Below, piece by piece: positions 23,684 through 38,456 of a stretch of 64,000 bases of DNA. A program made the translations under genes and the position numbers. The DNA is from Octopus vulgaris (taxonomy: Eukaryota), in assembly GCA_951406725.2 (NCBI GenBank), contig OX597816.1, positions 132,804,001-132,868,000 on the forward strand, read 5' to 3'. Below the pieces are notes generated by a model. The model was not told where the DNA came from. It searched no databases and saw nothing but the letters and a program-made list of their open reading frames with translations. Position 1 is the stretch's first letter, and each line of letters opens with the position of its first letter.

Positions 23684-26600
23684 GTACACACATACATGTA
23701 TATATGATATATATATATGTTATGAATATTTTAGTAACTGGTTGAGTTTTGTCTTCCAATGGCTGCTCAGCATTAAAGCACAAATTTTGAAATGACAATA
23801 TATTATCACTAAGAGACTATATCATATATTATATCATATCATACACAGCATATTTACACACATATACATACATATATACACACACATATATATACATGCA
23901 TAAACACATGTATATATGTAAATATATGTGTGTATTTGTATATGTTCAGACATACGTTTTTGTTTACTAACTTCCATTAAAAGGCTTTCAAAATGAAGGA
24001 GAAAAAACATTGATTGGGTCAGCGTATGTGTGTGAAGATTTTCTTAAAACCTTCAGTTCACTTTAGATACTTTAAATACAAATGAAATCTGTAGAGCTCA
24101 GTCTATATAAGGAAACAGTATCTCAACTACAAATAGGACCACCATCTGCTAACTAATGCCTAAAAACAATGTATTAGTAATGAAAATATATTTTATGGTT
24201 ATTTTTCTATTGGTATATTTTCTTTTTGCTATATTTTTGTTTTTTCAGTTTTATAAGGAAAAATGTCACTTCCATAATATTATATGAAAAACTATATTTC
24301 TGATCACAAACTCTTTTCATGCACATTACCATTACACCTATGAAATTAGAATAAAATAGTGACCTGCTTTTTTTGTTTAAAACATGATAATTTTGCAATG
24401 TTTACTTCTTAAAAGATTGCTTTTCTAGGAAACAGTCAATTGAATTTACGTCCATATACTAATAATTGCTTTTGTGTTAATGCTAAAAAAAAACATCACT
24501 AATTATTTATCAATGTGTAGCATATGTATATACCTAAATTTGTAAAGTTACATATCTATACTATGTAACTGTATACATATACATACACATGCCCCAGAGT
24601 AAAGACATATATGGAACAGTAAGGACGAACACACTGGACGGTGAGATGAATATTACTTGAAATGTTGGGTATGGAGTACATCCTTATTTCTGAGTTTATT
24701 TCAGTTTCTATAATTGATAGTGCTTGGTATACACCATTATCCCTAAGAATATATAGCATATAAAGTGTATAGTATAAAGAGACTGTCCTGTGTATATGTA
24801 TAGCTTGCACAATGGGTAGTTCTGGAGATGAATCTCCAATATTTAATTTTTATAGCTGGCACAGGTTTTGTTTCTGCATCTAAAAGTGATATGAATCTCT
24901 AAAGAAATATATTTAAAAAGCACTATCTTCATCTTTAGAAACATTTGGATTAATACATTTTTTAGTTACCTATATTTAGAAATTATGAATTTCTTAAGAT
25001 GTGTTAAATATCTGTTTGTCAGCATATGTGTAAATATAAAGCAAGTAAAATGCATTATAATAATATAGTTTATAAACTTCTAAATATACAGAAATGTATT
25101 TATAAAACTGTTGAGATATGTGTGTATATATGTATGTATGAATATAAATGCACAAATGCACATATAAATTAATCTGGATATATATGTGTATATGTGGATG
25201 TGTGCCTATATAAATTTATATGGATATGTATACAATATCTGTGCACAGATGCATATAATAAACCCATGTATACATAAACGTGTAAGGAAACAATAGAAAT
25301 ATTTATCTTCAATTTCTAGAGAAAGACAACTCTAAAATGTCTTTAAAGCAGATGTAAGGAAGAATATGATTGAAGAATGTAACTTTTGTCTGTATTCAAG
25401 TACCTGATTTTAGGGGTATGAAATCTAAATTTGCTTAAAAGAATTCAACCAATCAAAAATAACTTGAATTTGGAAATCTTAAATTAAAATAGAAATAAAC
25501 AAAATGAAGTTTTAATGGTGAGTTTTTGTGGTGTAGTGGTTAAATTGAGGCAATGCTTCAGATTATGTAATGAACAAAATGTAAATTATACACAATTTCA
25601 TTGAATATCTTTCTTAATGATTCCAACTTTCAGAAAAATGAATACTTCAATAGATGAATTAATAAGAAGAATTTAATAAAAAGAAATGTTATTTGAGTAT
25701 ATTTTTTATAACTTTTAAGGAGTTATTCATTTTGCTATATATATATATGAGTGTGCTTGTTTTAGGGACAACTACTAGAATAACTTTATTAACAGCATCT
25801 GTACTCTAGCAATACTGGCAAGAATTGAGCTATATGGTTATGCTATGTATCCTGCATGGCAATATTAGAACATCAAAGATACTTTTTCATAGTGAGTTGT
25901 CTGATGGAAGCTTGATAGAAGAGCTTTTTGCAAAACACTTGAAAGATCAGCTGAAGCTTCTGATCACAGTGGCGAGCATTCTTCTAAGATAAAGATGGCT
26001 TAGATAAAGGTGGTTGATTTTCAAAAAGAACAACGTGAGAGTGGTCACCAGAAGTGCAACTTTCAGAATAGAAATACTGTTAAAGATAAGATGAGATGAA
26101 AGTAGAAGGATTCCATTTCCCTAAGCAGTGACTGCAGATTCAATAAAGAAGTCCCTACCATCAAAGAACGTTTGTCCCATCCTAATATATAAAAACCTTT
26201 TTATTAATGCTTTCATGCAAAATAATTGTCAACGTCATGAGTTTTAACTATTGTTAATATTTAATCATTATCATTATATTGTCTTCATATTAAATGGTTT
26301 TAATTTGTCATTAAATTTAATTTGTTACATTCATTTTTATCATAAAGTGGAATCATTAAAGCATTCTTCAGGAAACACTTGAAAGATATTTCAAAATTGG
26401 TTTTTGAAACTTGATACAAGCATGGTTTAAACCAGTAGCTACCCAACCTATCTGTTTTAAAATCACTGAACATATATTTCCTTACTGAAACCATCTTTGA
26501 TTTCGTAATAATGGCAAAGACATTTAGTGAAAAATGTAATGATTGCTTGATTTGAAAATTCTTTTAATCTTGTTGATCCTGAATAAGATGATTTATTTCC

Positions 26601-27226
26601 ATATTAGGTCCCCATTAGCTTTGAATTGATAAAAAAGATCATCTGAGTGAAACAATTTGTAACCATTGGTCTAGGCCATGAAAGATCAGATGAATTTTAC
26701 CCAATGTAGTGTCATATAACTTTTATAAACAAAGAGCATAAGTGATACCTGGGATTTTGTCAAAAATGCAATGGACATTCTATTGAAGAAAGAATCACCA
26801 GATATAATTCTCTTTTTTAAAAAAATGCAAGAATTACCATTAAGAATATAATATTGCTTAATGTGATATTACCCCCTCTCTCCTGAAAAAAAAAGGAAGC
26901 AAAAACAAACCTGATTTCTTTGAAAGTAACAAGCTGTTAATAACAAACTACTAAAAGTCTTAGTGAACAAATGTAATATCATTTGATAAGTAGAGTATCA
27001 CTCAGTCAAACAGGCCATTACATGTAAAAATATAACATCATTCAAAAAAGGAGATATCTCTCAGACAAAACACCAAGAAAAAAATTGTTAACAAACCAAA
27101 AGTTTGACGTTATGAGTAACAATTGGTGGCAAGATGGCCGAGTAGTTCGGCTGAACAAAATAAATGAAAAGTTCACTTGAGATCTGATTAACTGGTTTAG
27201 GATGGTTGTCTGAATAGTACCACATA

Positions 27227-27297
<71 letters not shown>

Positions 27298-28330
27298 CGT
27301 GTGTGCGTGTGTGCGTGTGTGTGTATGTGTGTGTGTATGTAGTTGTGTATGGTTGGGGGAACAGGAAAAATTAAAAACATCAAAGAAAATTATTTCATCT
27401 TTTATAGAGATTACAGTAATGTAAAACAGTTCAATATTGCAAATATTCACATTTACTGTAGAAAGGAATATACATAAATATATATGTATATGCATTTATG
27501 TATGTATACACATACATGTGTATATATATATATATATATATGTGTGCATACATATACACACACCATACTATATATACATGTAAAGAGAGAAAGAGAGAGA
27601 GAGAGGGAGCAAGAGAGAGAGAGGGGGAGCAAGAGAGAGAGAGAGAGAGAGAGAGAGAAAATCAAAGAGACAAAGACAGAAGGTGGTGCAAGAGAAGTGA
27701 AAGAGAGAAAGAGCATAATGTTTACAAAGGTAGTAGCAGTAGTAGTAGAAGTAGTAATGATAACTTGAACAAGAGCACATAATATAATTATAGTTTAACA
27801 TAATCTTCAGCTCTAAAAGCCAAGGTCCTGGTATTCATCCATTTAACCAGTGGCATCTTTCAACAACAACAACAATAACAACAACGTCAACAACCATGAT
27901 GTTTTGTATGTAGTATGCAAACATGATAAACAACCTAAAGGTATGTCTGTGAAGAAGTGCAGAAACTATTGATCTTCACATTAGGATAATGGCATTATTA
28001 CATAATGAATAATCAAATATATAAACTTGAAAATGATTAAGGTGTAATAAAACAGATGGAAGAAATTAAAACCAGCTAAAGGTAAAATATCAGTAACGGT
28101 TTAAAAAATAACAGAAATGCAATTTGAAAAAAAACTGTATTTTGGGAGGTATTTGTATGAGAAATATCCATATGAATTATTATCACCATATAAAAGAACT
28201 ATGATACAGGACCATATACATGTGGCTGACAAGCAGAAGTTTTTATATAAAAGCACAATGAATTGTAACTGCAACACAAGGCACTACACTCCTATAATCC
28301 TACAAAATGTCAGTGAATATTATATATTAA

Positions 28331-28550
28331 CCCTTTAGCATTTAAGCTGGTCATATCCAGCCAAAATAATCTACCAGTTTTATCTTCAAACTGGCCAGAT
28401 CCGGCCTCTCACACTTACCCTGCAATATTATTCTAAAAATAAATAATCACGTCATTGAAATCTCAAAGCTATAAAGTAATGTATTACTAGTTCATATCAA
28501 TGTGAACAAATAAGCATTACATTTGACAGAGATATCTGATTGCTAAAGGG
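28331..28550. mobile_element. piggyBac-type MITE (220 bp); partial copy at 2940-3025, related decayed element at ~46760-46992
   Basis: TTAA|CCCTTTAGCA ... TGCTAAAGGG|TTAA. Confidence 0.88.
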
Positions 28551-30171
28551 TTAACATCTCTGTATGTGCAGACCATTCAATTGAACAAGTTGATCTTATT
28601 TTTAGTGGGAGCCCAGTGCTACAACTAGTGGTAAGTATTTACTGAAGTGCAACAGAGCCTCTGACTTTTTACACAAGAAAATCTGTAAGCACTGTTAAAT
28701 CTTGACATCAAGTAAATATTAAAAACGTATCTCAAAGGGAAAGTGAAATAATTGCTATCTGGTATGTTATTCCATTTTCTTTGAGAAGGGGACAACAACT
28801 CTGTGGAATGTACAGATTACATACTGGGGAGAGTCTGCAAACCATCTTGACATAATATTTAAAGGCTAAAGAAACATGACTATCACTCTGATTATTAGTG
28901 TGTTATGATCAGTGGACAGGGAAATTGCAATGAAATAAGATAAACAAATGTTCACACAAAAAAAAACATAAATAAATTTTGAGATAGAGATATTAAAAGA
29001 CTGAGCCATTAAATCAGATAAAATAGGATTCAAAGTTAAGAAGTGGCACTCATAAGAGTAAACACACTCTTGGAAGTTCTGGCATTATGAGTGACAATTG
29101 GTTGCAAAAAGGACCTCATAAAAAAATTCCAAGAACTTGAGAAACAAGAACTTCAAGAGATTAATTGCAAGTAAATGCACAGAAGACATTGCCACTTATC
29201 TATAATCTAATAATAGGTGTGAGTGTATCTGTCTGCAAACATATGTGGTACACGTCACTAAGTATCTAATTCCTCAGTTCTTTAATTGATTCAAACAATT
29301 GCAATTCTTGCTGTTGGAGTGCTACCTCATATCAGTAGACTATATGTTATATGCAGTTATTTATGTGTGAAAATATAAGTATAGATATTATTCTTTCTGT
29401 TGTTGTCGTTGCTACGGTTGTTATTGTTAAATAATATAAAATCAAGACTATACAAACTTTTAGATTTATCTTATGAAGATCTTGAATTTAAGATATGCTA
29501 TGCTTATATGTATTTGTGCATGTGTGTGTGTATCTGTTTATGGATTTGAATAATACCTGTGTTTAACTCCATTTATTTATTTATCTATATTATGCAAAAA
29601 TATTTCACCTAAACCTGGAGTTTCTACCTTTATAAGTAGGCTGTTACATCCTTGGTACTTGTGGAAATTTTTACTACCCTGGTAACTATTTATTTATTTT
29701 TTCCTTATTTGTAAACATTGAAAAAATACACATACATTTATATATATATTGGTGAATGTGTGTATGTATGCAAATATAGATAAATAATTTCAAAGAAAAA
29801 AAAAACATTTTCTATAAAGTTCATATGTAGAACAACTTGGAGAAAAAAAAATCCTCAAGTTTTGATTTTGGTGTGATGACATAATAAATAAAAAAAAGTA
29901 GAGAACATAATCATCATCATCATCATCATCCTTATCATTATTATTATTATTGTTATTATCATTTCAGTCTTGGGCACAGAAGACCATTAATGTTGGGAGG
30001 AAATAATTGATGAGATCAACCTCTGCCCCACTGCTAGATTAGTATTTATTTTATTGACCCCCTGAAGCCTGAAAGTGATAACTCATTCTAATGCAATTTG
30101 AACTCAGAACATAAAGGGGTATAATTAGATTTACAAAGCATTTTACCTCTTACTTTATTCATTCTGCCATT

Positions 30172-30198
30172 AATAACAACAACAACAACAACAACAAC

Positions 30199-30278
<80 letters not shown>

Positions 30279-30297
30279 TGATAATAATAATAATAAT
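30172..30297. repeat. (CAA)n(TAA)n microsatellite; also (TAC)n at 31716-31773
   Basis: Directly visible. Confidence 0.97.
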
Positions 30298-31299
30298 TGT
30301 GATATCAAATTTTGGTACAGTCATCAATTTTAGTGGGAGATGGGGTTAGTTGATTATGCTGACCCCAGTATTTGGCTGGAATTTTATTTTAACAACCCCA
30401 AAAGGATAAAAGGCAAAGGTGACCTCGGAATTTGAATACAAAACATTGAAGATAGGGGAAATACCTCTAAGTATTTTGCCTAGCATGCTAATGATTCTTT
30501 GCCAAGGCAAAGCTGACCTTGGCAGGATTTGATCTCAGAATGTAAAGAGTTGGAACAAATACCGCAAAGCATTTTCCTTGACATTCTAACGTCTCTGACA
30601 AAACAACAGCAGCAACAAGGTTAGAAACGAACTTGTTTATAAAGTCAACTGCCAGATTTTTGAGTGAATAGAGATTGCTAATGGCTATCTAACTATAGTA
30701 AACTATTGTTTTTTTTTAATATTCATCTAACAATCTGTAAACAATAGATAAATAAATAAATGATAAATATGAAACAAACAAACAAAAAAAAACTCTTCAA
30801 GAATAAATATGAAATATTTGATCTGCTAATATCAAACATTAAAATTATTGTTTGAACAGTCAAAATTCCATTTTTAGTATGGTAACAATTCGGTGAGTTT
30901 TTGAAGAAAATTTGATTAGTGAAATAACAGTTTGAATTTGAACCTGGATTTTGCATGAAAATGTATGTATCTATGGAGGCATATGAAAATGAATGTTGTT
31001 ATGTGTGTATGTGTAGGAATGTGTTATGTATATATCTATGTATGTGCATGCATATAGCTATACATTTGTATTACTTCTATGTATGTATGAATGTATGTTC
31101 ATACCATGGCACCGGTTTCTTCTGCTAGCCAGCACAGCTGTGCATTAATGTAATTGAATGTGCAAAATTTCGCCAGGCTTAAGAGTCACACAGGGCCTCA
31201 CATTGCACCAATATTGACTCATTTCAATGATTCTTTCTAGCAATGGCTTTGCTTGTATACGAGAAAGCAGCAAAGAAGATGTATGTATGTATGTATATG

Positions 31300-31363
<64 letters not shown>

Positions 31364-31364
31364 A

Positions 31365-31396
<32 letters not shown>

Positions 31397-31503
31397 ATGT
31401 GTGTGTATGTGTGTGTGAGAGAGAGAGAGAGTGAGAGAGTATAATCTATAAGTTTTAAAATGGAGAGATTCAATGAATATAAATTAATTCATTAATTATT
31501 TAA

Positions 31504-31612
31504 CATTTCCTACAATTGTTTCACTTCACACCCAATTTAAATTACAAAACATATATAATAATATAAGTTTGCATTTTGAGTATCTTGAGTGGAAAATCTT
31601 CAGGACAAAATG
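31504..31612 (-). ncRNA. Degenerate type I hammerhead ribozyme motif
   Basis: Minus: cattttgtc CTGAAGA TTTTCCACTCAA..TTGGGTGTGAAGT GAAAC AATT GTA ggaaatg. Core intact, palindromic ACAATTGT, stems I and II imperfect. Confidence 0.6.
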
Positions 31613-31715
31613 GACATTACAGAGTTTACATTTTGATCAATTGAAATTCTCCAACAGACTAAGCTGATGAAAGCATGTTTATTGTGTGTGTGTGTGTGTG
31701 TGCATGCATTAATAG

Positions 31716-31774
<59 letters not shown>

Positions 31775-32512
31775 ATAATAATAATGAATTAAAGTATATA
31801 AGAATAAAAATAAAGGATAAAAAAAGAATAAATAATGAAAATAATGAAATATTAATAATAAAAAATAATTAAAATAAAATAAAAATGAAATACAAGTTTT
31901 ATTATAAACATAGATGTCTATGGTCCATTTTGATTTATGTGTGAGCATATGTTCAAGTGTTTATATGTGTACTTGTATGTATATATACGTATGTTTACTG
32001 CCTAAGATAATTTATGTGTACGAATGTGTGTATGTGTGTCGGCATAATGTTATTGAATGCAAGTATGGATGTCATCGTTTATGCATGAGTGTGTGTGTGT
32101 TTATAGATCCTTATTACTCAAGTTGCTTTATTAGTGTGTAATTATGCATGTATATTAGTAAAAGGTTATCGAATAGTTCTATAACTATATATGAATTTAT
32201 AGGTATGGATATTCATAGCCCATTTCAGTTTATGCTTGATTGTTTATGTGTGTATATAGATGTTTACTATGCATGTTTATTCATGTGTGTGTAAGTGTGT
32301 ATGCATGTTAGTAACATGTTATGAAGTCAAAACAGTTTGTTAATATACATATACATTCCCTTATATGCTTATAGTCAATCATAAAAGGCGATCATAATTA
32401 TTATATGAAACAGTAAGATAATTAGTAAAGTAATTATATATATATATATATATATATGTGTGTATATATATATATACACACACATATGTATATGTATATA
32501 TATATATGTGTG

Positions 32513-32544
<32 letters not shown>

Positions 32545-35112
32545 TGTGTGTTTGTGTGTATATATATATACACACACATATATACACATGTATGTGTATG
32601 GATGCATGTATGTAAAGATATATATATATATATATGTATATATATGTATATAAAATGTTTGTATGTATATATATGTGGCATGTAAGTTTGCATGAATGGT
32701 ATGAATGTGAGGATGGATGCAGCATTTTCAAGATATCTATATATAGAAAAAAAATTACAAAAAATGCAAAAAAGCAATGAAGCATTTCTGGAGGCATACT
32801 TCCCTTATTTCAGACAAATAAAACTGGTAAGGTGTACTACTGTATTTGGAGAAGTCTCAAAATATATTTGAAACTATAATTAAGCTTCTCTGTTTTTTAT
32901 CTTTTGTCATAAACTTTCATCATACCATTAGATGATTATCATTTTTTTCTTTGATGCCACATAGAATCAAAAACAAACAAACAAAAAACAGGTGCAAACT
33001 GAACTAATTTAAGAATGTTCAATGAATAATTTATAAACGTAGCATTGTTTCAGCTGACTGGTTTCACAAATATTTTTATTCACATTAATTACATCATTGT
33101 CTTTGATTTCTTTTTATAGAATACATTGTGTAGAGCATGAAGATTAATGAATATCAATAATTGTTTTTTTTTTCCCTGGATTAGTGGAAATAATAAATAT
33201 TTGCGATACTGTATAAGTCATTTTTGGATTACTTAGTGGATCAGATATTTTATTGATTACCAAATGTTTGTAACTATTTTATGGATCCCTGGATCAAATC
33301 ACATTCAAAGGAAAGAGTACATTAATTACTTTCTGGATTACTGAGACCGGTGTTCTTTGAATTACTGAACAGCTGATATATTATAAATTATGATGCAATG
33401 AAATGATTTCTAATATTGTTGAAGTGCGGCCCCAGTGGCCCCAGTTATTAAGGGAATGTCAAATGATTTATTGCTTGTGAAATATTTATCATGTTATCCC
33501 TCACACAATTCCAAGGTATGGTTTGGGGATTTCAGATTGAAATTTTCTGACTGAAAATTATTATGGTTGGCTTTAGATAAATTGAACCTGTAATTAATTG
33601 ATTTTGAAACATTTACCTACATACACAACAGAAGAAATTATAAATATATTTGACTTCTCTTGCAAATTATAGTCAAATGACCATAATTTTAAATTTAATT
33701 TTCTAATAACTGATTAAATGATTAAATGTTATGAAATTTTATTCTCCATAAAGGCATCAAGTTTATTTTTCAGTTTGTACTTAAGGTTTTTGCAAACTCC
33801 TGATTAATAACTGATTTCAAAAGGAAATATTTAATAATGTCTATAATAATGAATAAAATGACAGTTGCCTTTGCTGTAATATGGCAACACAAAATTATCT
33901 CTTGATTTTTGTATGAAAAACCAACATTTGCATGTAATTTTTATATAATCAAATTATTGAAAAATATATCTAAATAAAAGTTGTCTAAAGCAGAATCAAG
34001 AAACAAACAAACAAGAAAATAAAACAAATTAAGTAAATAAATTATAATTTACTTTTTTTTTTATTAGTCTGTAAAATAATTTCATGATAGTTTTAATCTT
34101 TGAAATGATTTTATCTTGTAGCTTAGCCCCCAAGGCAACCTTGATTCAGAAACATTTTATGAAAGATATTTTAGCCATAACAACCCTTCTTTTTAACAGA
34201 TAAAAGGCATAAGAGTTATATAGTCTAATTGTAACCTTCTATTTATAAGATGATAGTGTGGTATGGGGACGGGGTGCGTTTTGGCTGCTATTTCTAAAGG
34301 CACCCATTTTATCTTTCTGTGCTAAGACAAGATAACAAGCTGTATTGAACTTCATAAGTTATTTAAACATTCATAAACTGAGAAACAATAAATTTCTCTA
34401 ATTAACTGTGAAATAACTCAACAACTTTTATTAATATTTCATTTTTTTCTGAGACAATTTAAACTATTTCTATTTTCTTAAATGGACTTGGAATTTAATG
34501 GAAAAGAAAATTAATGATTTAATACTTGCATTGAATCAAACTGAAATTATAATTGATAAAGCATTGATATGAATAATCAGTGATTGTCACAAGCAATCAA
34601 AGTAGTGTTTTTAGCAGTTCAACCCTGTTCTTCTGTTAGAAGGTGAAGGTCAAACAGAGTACTTCAGCAAACTGCTGCTGTAAGAATATAACTGCAAATG
34701 AATTGTATATGGATCATAACAAGCTATAAATTTAGGACCTACAATTAACCCTACACTCCATGCAGTTTGAAATAAAAGAGATTCAACTAAAAAAAATAAA
34801 AGAATATTAAATGAAATATCTTTTATATTTGAAAGAGTAATGCAGTTTCCAAAATATAAAATGGTAGAGTCCTATGTGAGGGTGGAAGAATGGTATTACA
34901 GCTTCTCATTTATTTCTGTCTCATCTTTTATCTCAAAAGAAATGTAATACCATAGTAAATATCATTGTGGAATCAAAGCAGACAAAAATTGTGAATATAG
35001 TAAGAAACAAAAGTGACAATTTCACCCAATAATTTATTGTAAACAGAATGTCTCAATGTAAACATATGTCAACATATGTGCATAGAGTTGTACATGTATA
35101 CACAGGCATATA

Positions 35113-35182
<70 letters not shown>

Positions 35183-35293
35183 TATATTAATGTATAAGTG
35201 TATATATGTACAATGTGTATATGTATGTATGTGCATATATATATGTATGTATATATATTTGTATATACATTTATATATATATTTGTAAATATA

Positions 35294-35335
<42 letters not shown>

Positions 35336-35406
35336 TACATACTTACATACATACATTAATATATATATATATATATTTATTTATATATATATGAATATAA
35401 ATACAA

Positions 35407-35441
<35 letters not shown>

Positions 35442-35867
35442 TACATATGTATGTTTTATTTGGTGAGAATGAAAGTAATTTGGGTCAAAGAGACAAGGTA
35501 ACAGTCAACATGTACTGAAATGTATTGCTTTATTATTCTTAAGCACTTTTCTTGCACTTTATTTTCTAGTATGTTTAATTCTTTCCTACAACCTAGATTA
35601 AATAGAGGTTCAAAGACAATTGGACCTTTTTATTATTTTTATCATTGTTTATATTTTAATTTTTTTATTTTTACTTTCATTTGTCTATTTTTTTATCGAT
35701 TTATTTTTTAGCTATATATTTTGTATTTTGATTATAAGTATATCTTGTCTCTCACTGAACCCATGGTTTTAGTTCTGTCTGAACTGCTGAAATAATATAT
35801 CACTCTAAGTATACAGTATGAAACTGAGTGAAATACTGAGAGTATCTAATGAGGAACTTATTTAAGT

Positions 35868-35975
35868 AATCATCTGAGGACGTGCATTCAATGCCTGAGA
35901 TATAAGATAATGACTATGCAACATCTCTCCTATGAACAACAGATGCAAGAATGTGTTGAAACAATTGTTGTGGTT
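35868..35975 (+). ncRNA. Type I hammerhead ribozyme motif
   Basis: AATCAT CTGAGGA CGTGCATTC..GAATGTGTT GAAAC AATT GTT GTGGTT. Stem I 6 bp (two G:U), stem II 8 of 9 paired, GUU site. Confidence 0.7.
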
Positions 35976-36764
35976 TTTAAAGAATGTCAGTAATTCAATT
36001 TTCTATCATTTGTCTCTCTCTCACTCTCTCTCTCTATATGTATATAGTATAGTATATGTATACACACACTGATATGTAAGACATATATAACCATCCAGAA
36101 AGAAATATACTGGATGAAAACTAAAATATGTTGGTACGCATGAAAGGATAAACAATAAATTTATGTTTAATTTTCTTTCTCTTTAGCTGAAAAATTCCAT
36201 TTCATTGAATAATATGTCTCTTTTATTAGATCAGTACTTGCATAATTTAATTGCTTAAAAAAAAAAAGAACTGATTAAAATAGATATGGACCTAAAGGCA
36301 GATTTATAATGTAATTTTAAAAATATGACATTTCAGAAATTGTGTTGCACTATCATTAATATTTATATCTACATTAAATGGAGAAATTAGTATTAAGTAA
36401 AAATAATGTTTTCCAAAATTGAATTTTTTAAATATATGTGTGTGTGCATGAGTATATATATGTTTTATTAAATACACCGCAATGTTCAACTTGGTTCTTT
36501 TTCTATTTTAGATTTTTTAAATATTCTAATTGGCTTTTTACAGTTGTTTTGGGACAATGGAGTTCATAAAATTATATTCAATGTTTGTAGGCTTTCACCT
36601 GTGAATTTAGGAATGCTACTGTTTCAAACCACCTATAGAAAACCATTAAGAAAATAGGAAAATAATCTAAAATAAAGAATAAATCATGAACATAGTTGTG
36701 CATTTAATGAAAGCTGCATAAAAGAAAAGCTGTACCCCACATATATGAATGTATGTATATGTAT

Positions 36765-36814
36765 ATAGTGATTCTTTCTAGCAATGGCTTTGCTCATATA
36801 CAAGAAAGCGGCTA

Positions 36815-36854
<40 letters not shown>

Positions 36855-36906
36855 CTTAGCTGCCTTCTCATATATGAGCAAAGCTATTGCTAGAAAGAAT
36901 CACTAT
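36765..36906. repeat. ~55-bp inverted arms around a (TA)n core; single arm copy at ~31227-31275
   Basis: ATAGTGATTCTTTCTAGCAATGGCTTTGCTCATATACAAGAAAGCGGCTAAG and CTTAGCTGCCTTCTCATATATGAGCAAAGCTATTGCTAGAAAGAATCACTAT. Confidence 0.9.
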
Positions 36907-38456
36907 GTATATATACATACACACACACACACATATATATATATATACACACATACATACATACATACATACATACATACATACATACATACATACATAC
37001 ATACGTTCGTACATACATACATATATACATACATATATATATACACACACACATAAACACACACAAACACACACACACATTTTTATGTTGCTTAACTTTG
37101 ATGATCATATGAGAACTGGTGTATTCAAATATGTGTGTGTATAAATATATATATAAACATGCACATATATATACATTTGCATACACACATATGCACTCAC
37201 ACATATATACATATGTGTGTGCGAGTGTATAATATGAAAAAATTAAGGTAAATATAATAAGATTTAAAAAAAACAATTCAATGCTAATTTGGGGAAAGAA
37301 CTGACTCAGTTTCTTTTGTAGCCACCACTACTAAAATCCTATTTCTTTGAAACAAGAAATATATGAAATGGGAAATATGACAATAAATATTTTCCAAAGA
37401 GAATGGCATTTACAAGATTGCTTTTGAATAAACTGAAATTTCACTGTCTGTAGCCTTAATGTAGAAATATATTTTCATATAGTTTTGTCATTGATTTCAT
37501 GAATCTTCTAGAGAATTATTTTGAAATACTGGCTGTAAATTTCTACATGTAATACCAGGACTACAAAAATGTAGAGGATATGGAAGCCCTGAGATAATAA
37601 GATGAGAGTAAACAAAATTTTATTGTTAATTTTATAACTATTTCAAACTTTCATACTGAATTTTTAATAAGAGATACAACGATCAGCTTCTTTATGTTTT
37701 ACAAACTCAATGATTTCTAATATGAAATACAAGGTCCAAAGTTATTGGCAGTGGGGGCATAGTCACTCAAATTGATATCAGTGATTAATTAATACTTACT
37801 TCAATCCTGGATGATTAAAAGTCAGCCTTGGTATGATTTTTAACTCAGAAATTGTTATAGGGATATAAATAAATACCAGAAAGAATTTTAGCTGTAGCTC
37901 TACAAAGTCTGCCAATAAAACCCTTTTGACTTAAAATCCTTTCAGAGATTTTAGACTTAAAAGATAAGAAACAGTCAGAAAAATAAATAAATAGATAAAA
38001 TAAAATAAAATAAATAAATATCTGAAATGTCAGAAGATATTTTAGAAGAAAATATCCTGATTCATAAATATTGGTCCTTAGTTTAATTTAATATTTTATG
38101 TTTAGTGTCTGAAAATACATTATGATAACAAAAATCACATGCCTTGTTTTTATTTGAAACATCCAACAGAAATCCAGTAAAACAATTATTGATATATTTA
38201 TTATTTAAATGTAGGACGAACCAAAGGTTTAGTTTTATGACAGTATGGTCATAAAAATCTGGAAAAAAACCCCCCAAAAGTTGAATGAATGATAAAACAA
38301 TAAAAAATAGACCTTTTTGTATTTTCAGTTATATATATGTATAAAAGAAAATAAACTATTAGATAATATACTTTATTAAAGGATAAAAGAAACCAAAAAA
38401 AGGGAACTGTTATAAAAAAATATTACTTTTAAATAAATTGTGTGAATTTGGTCCGA

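Noticed and set aside
26575-26665. CTGAATA AGATGAT..ATCATCT GAGT GAAAC AATTT GTA
   Set aside because: Core G8 is missing, there are four extra bases before GAAAC, and there is no stem I.
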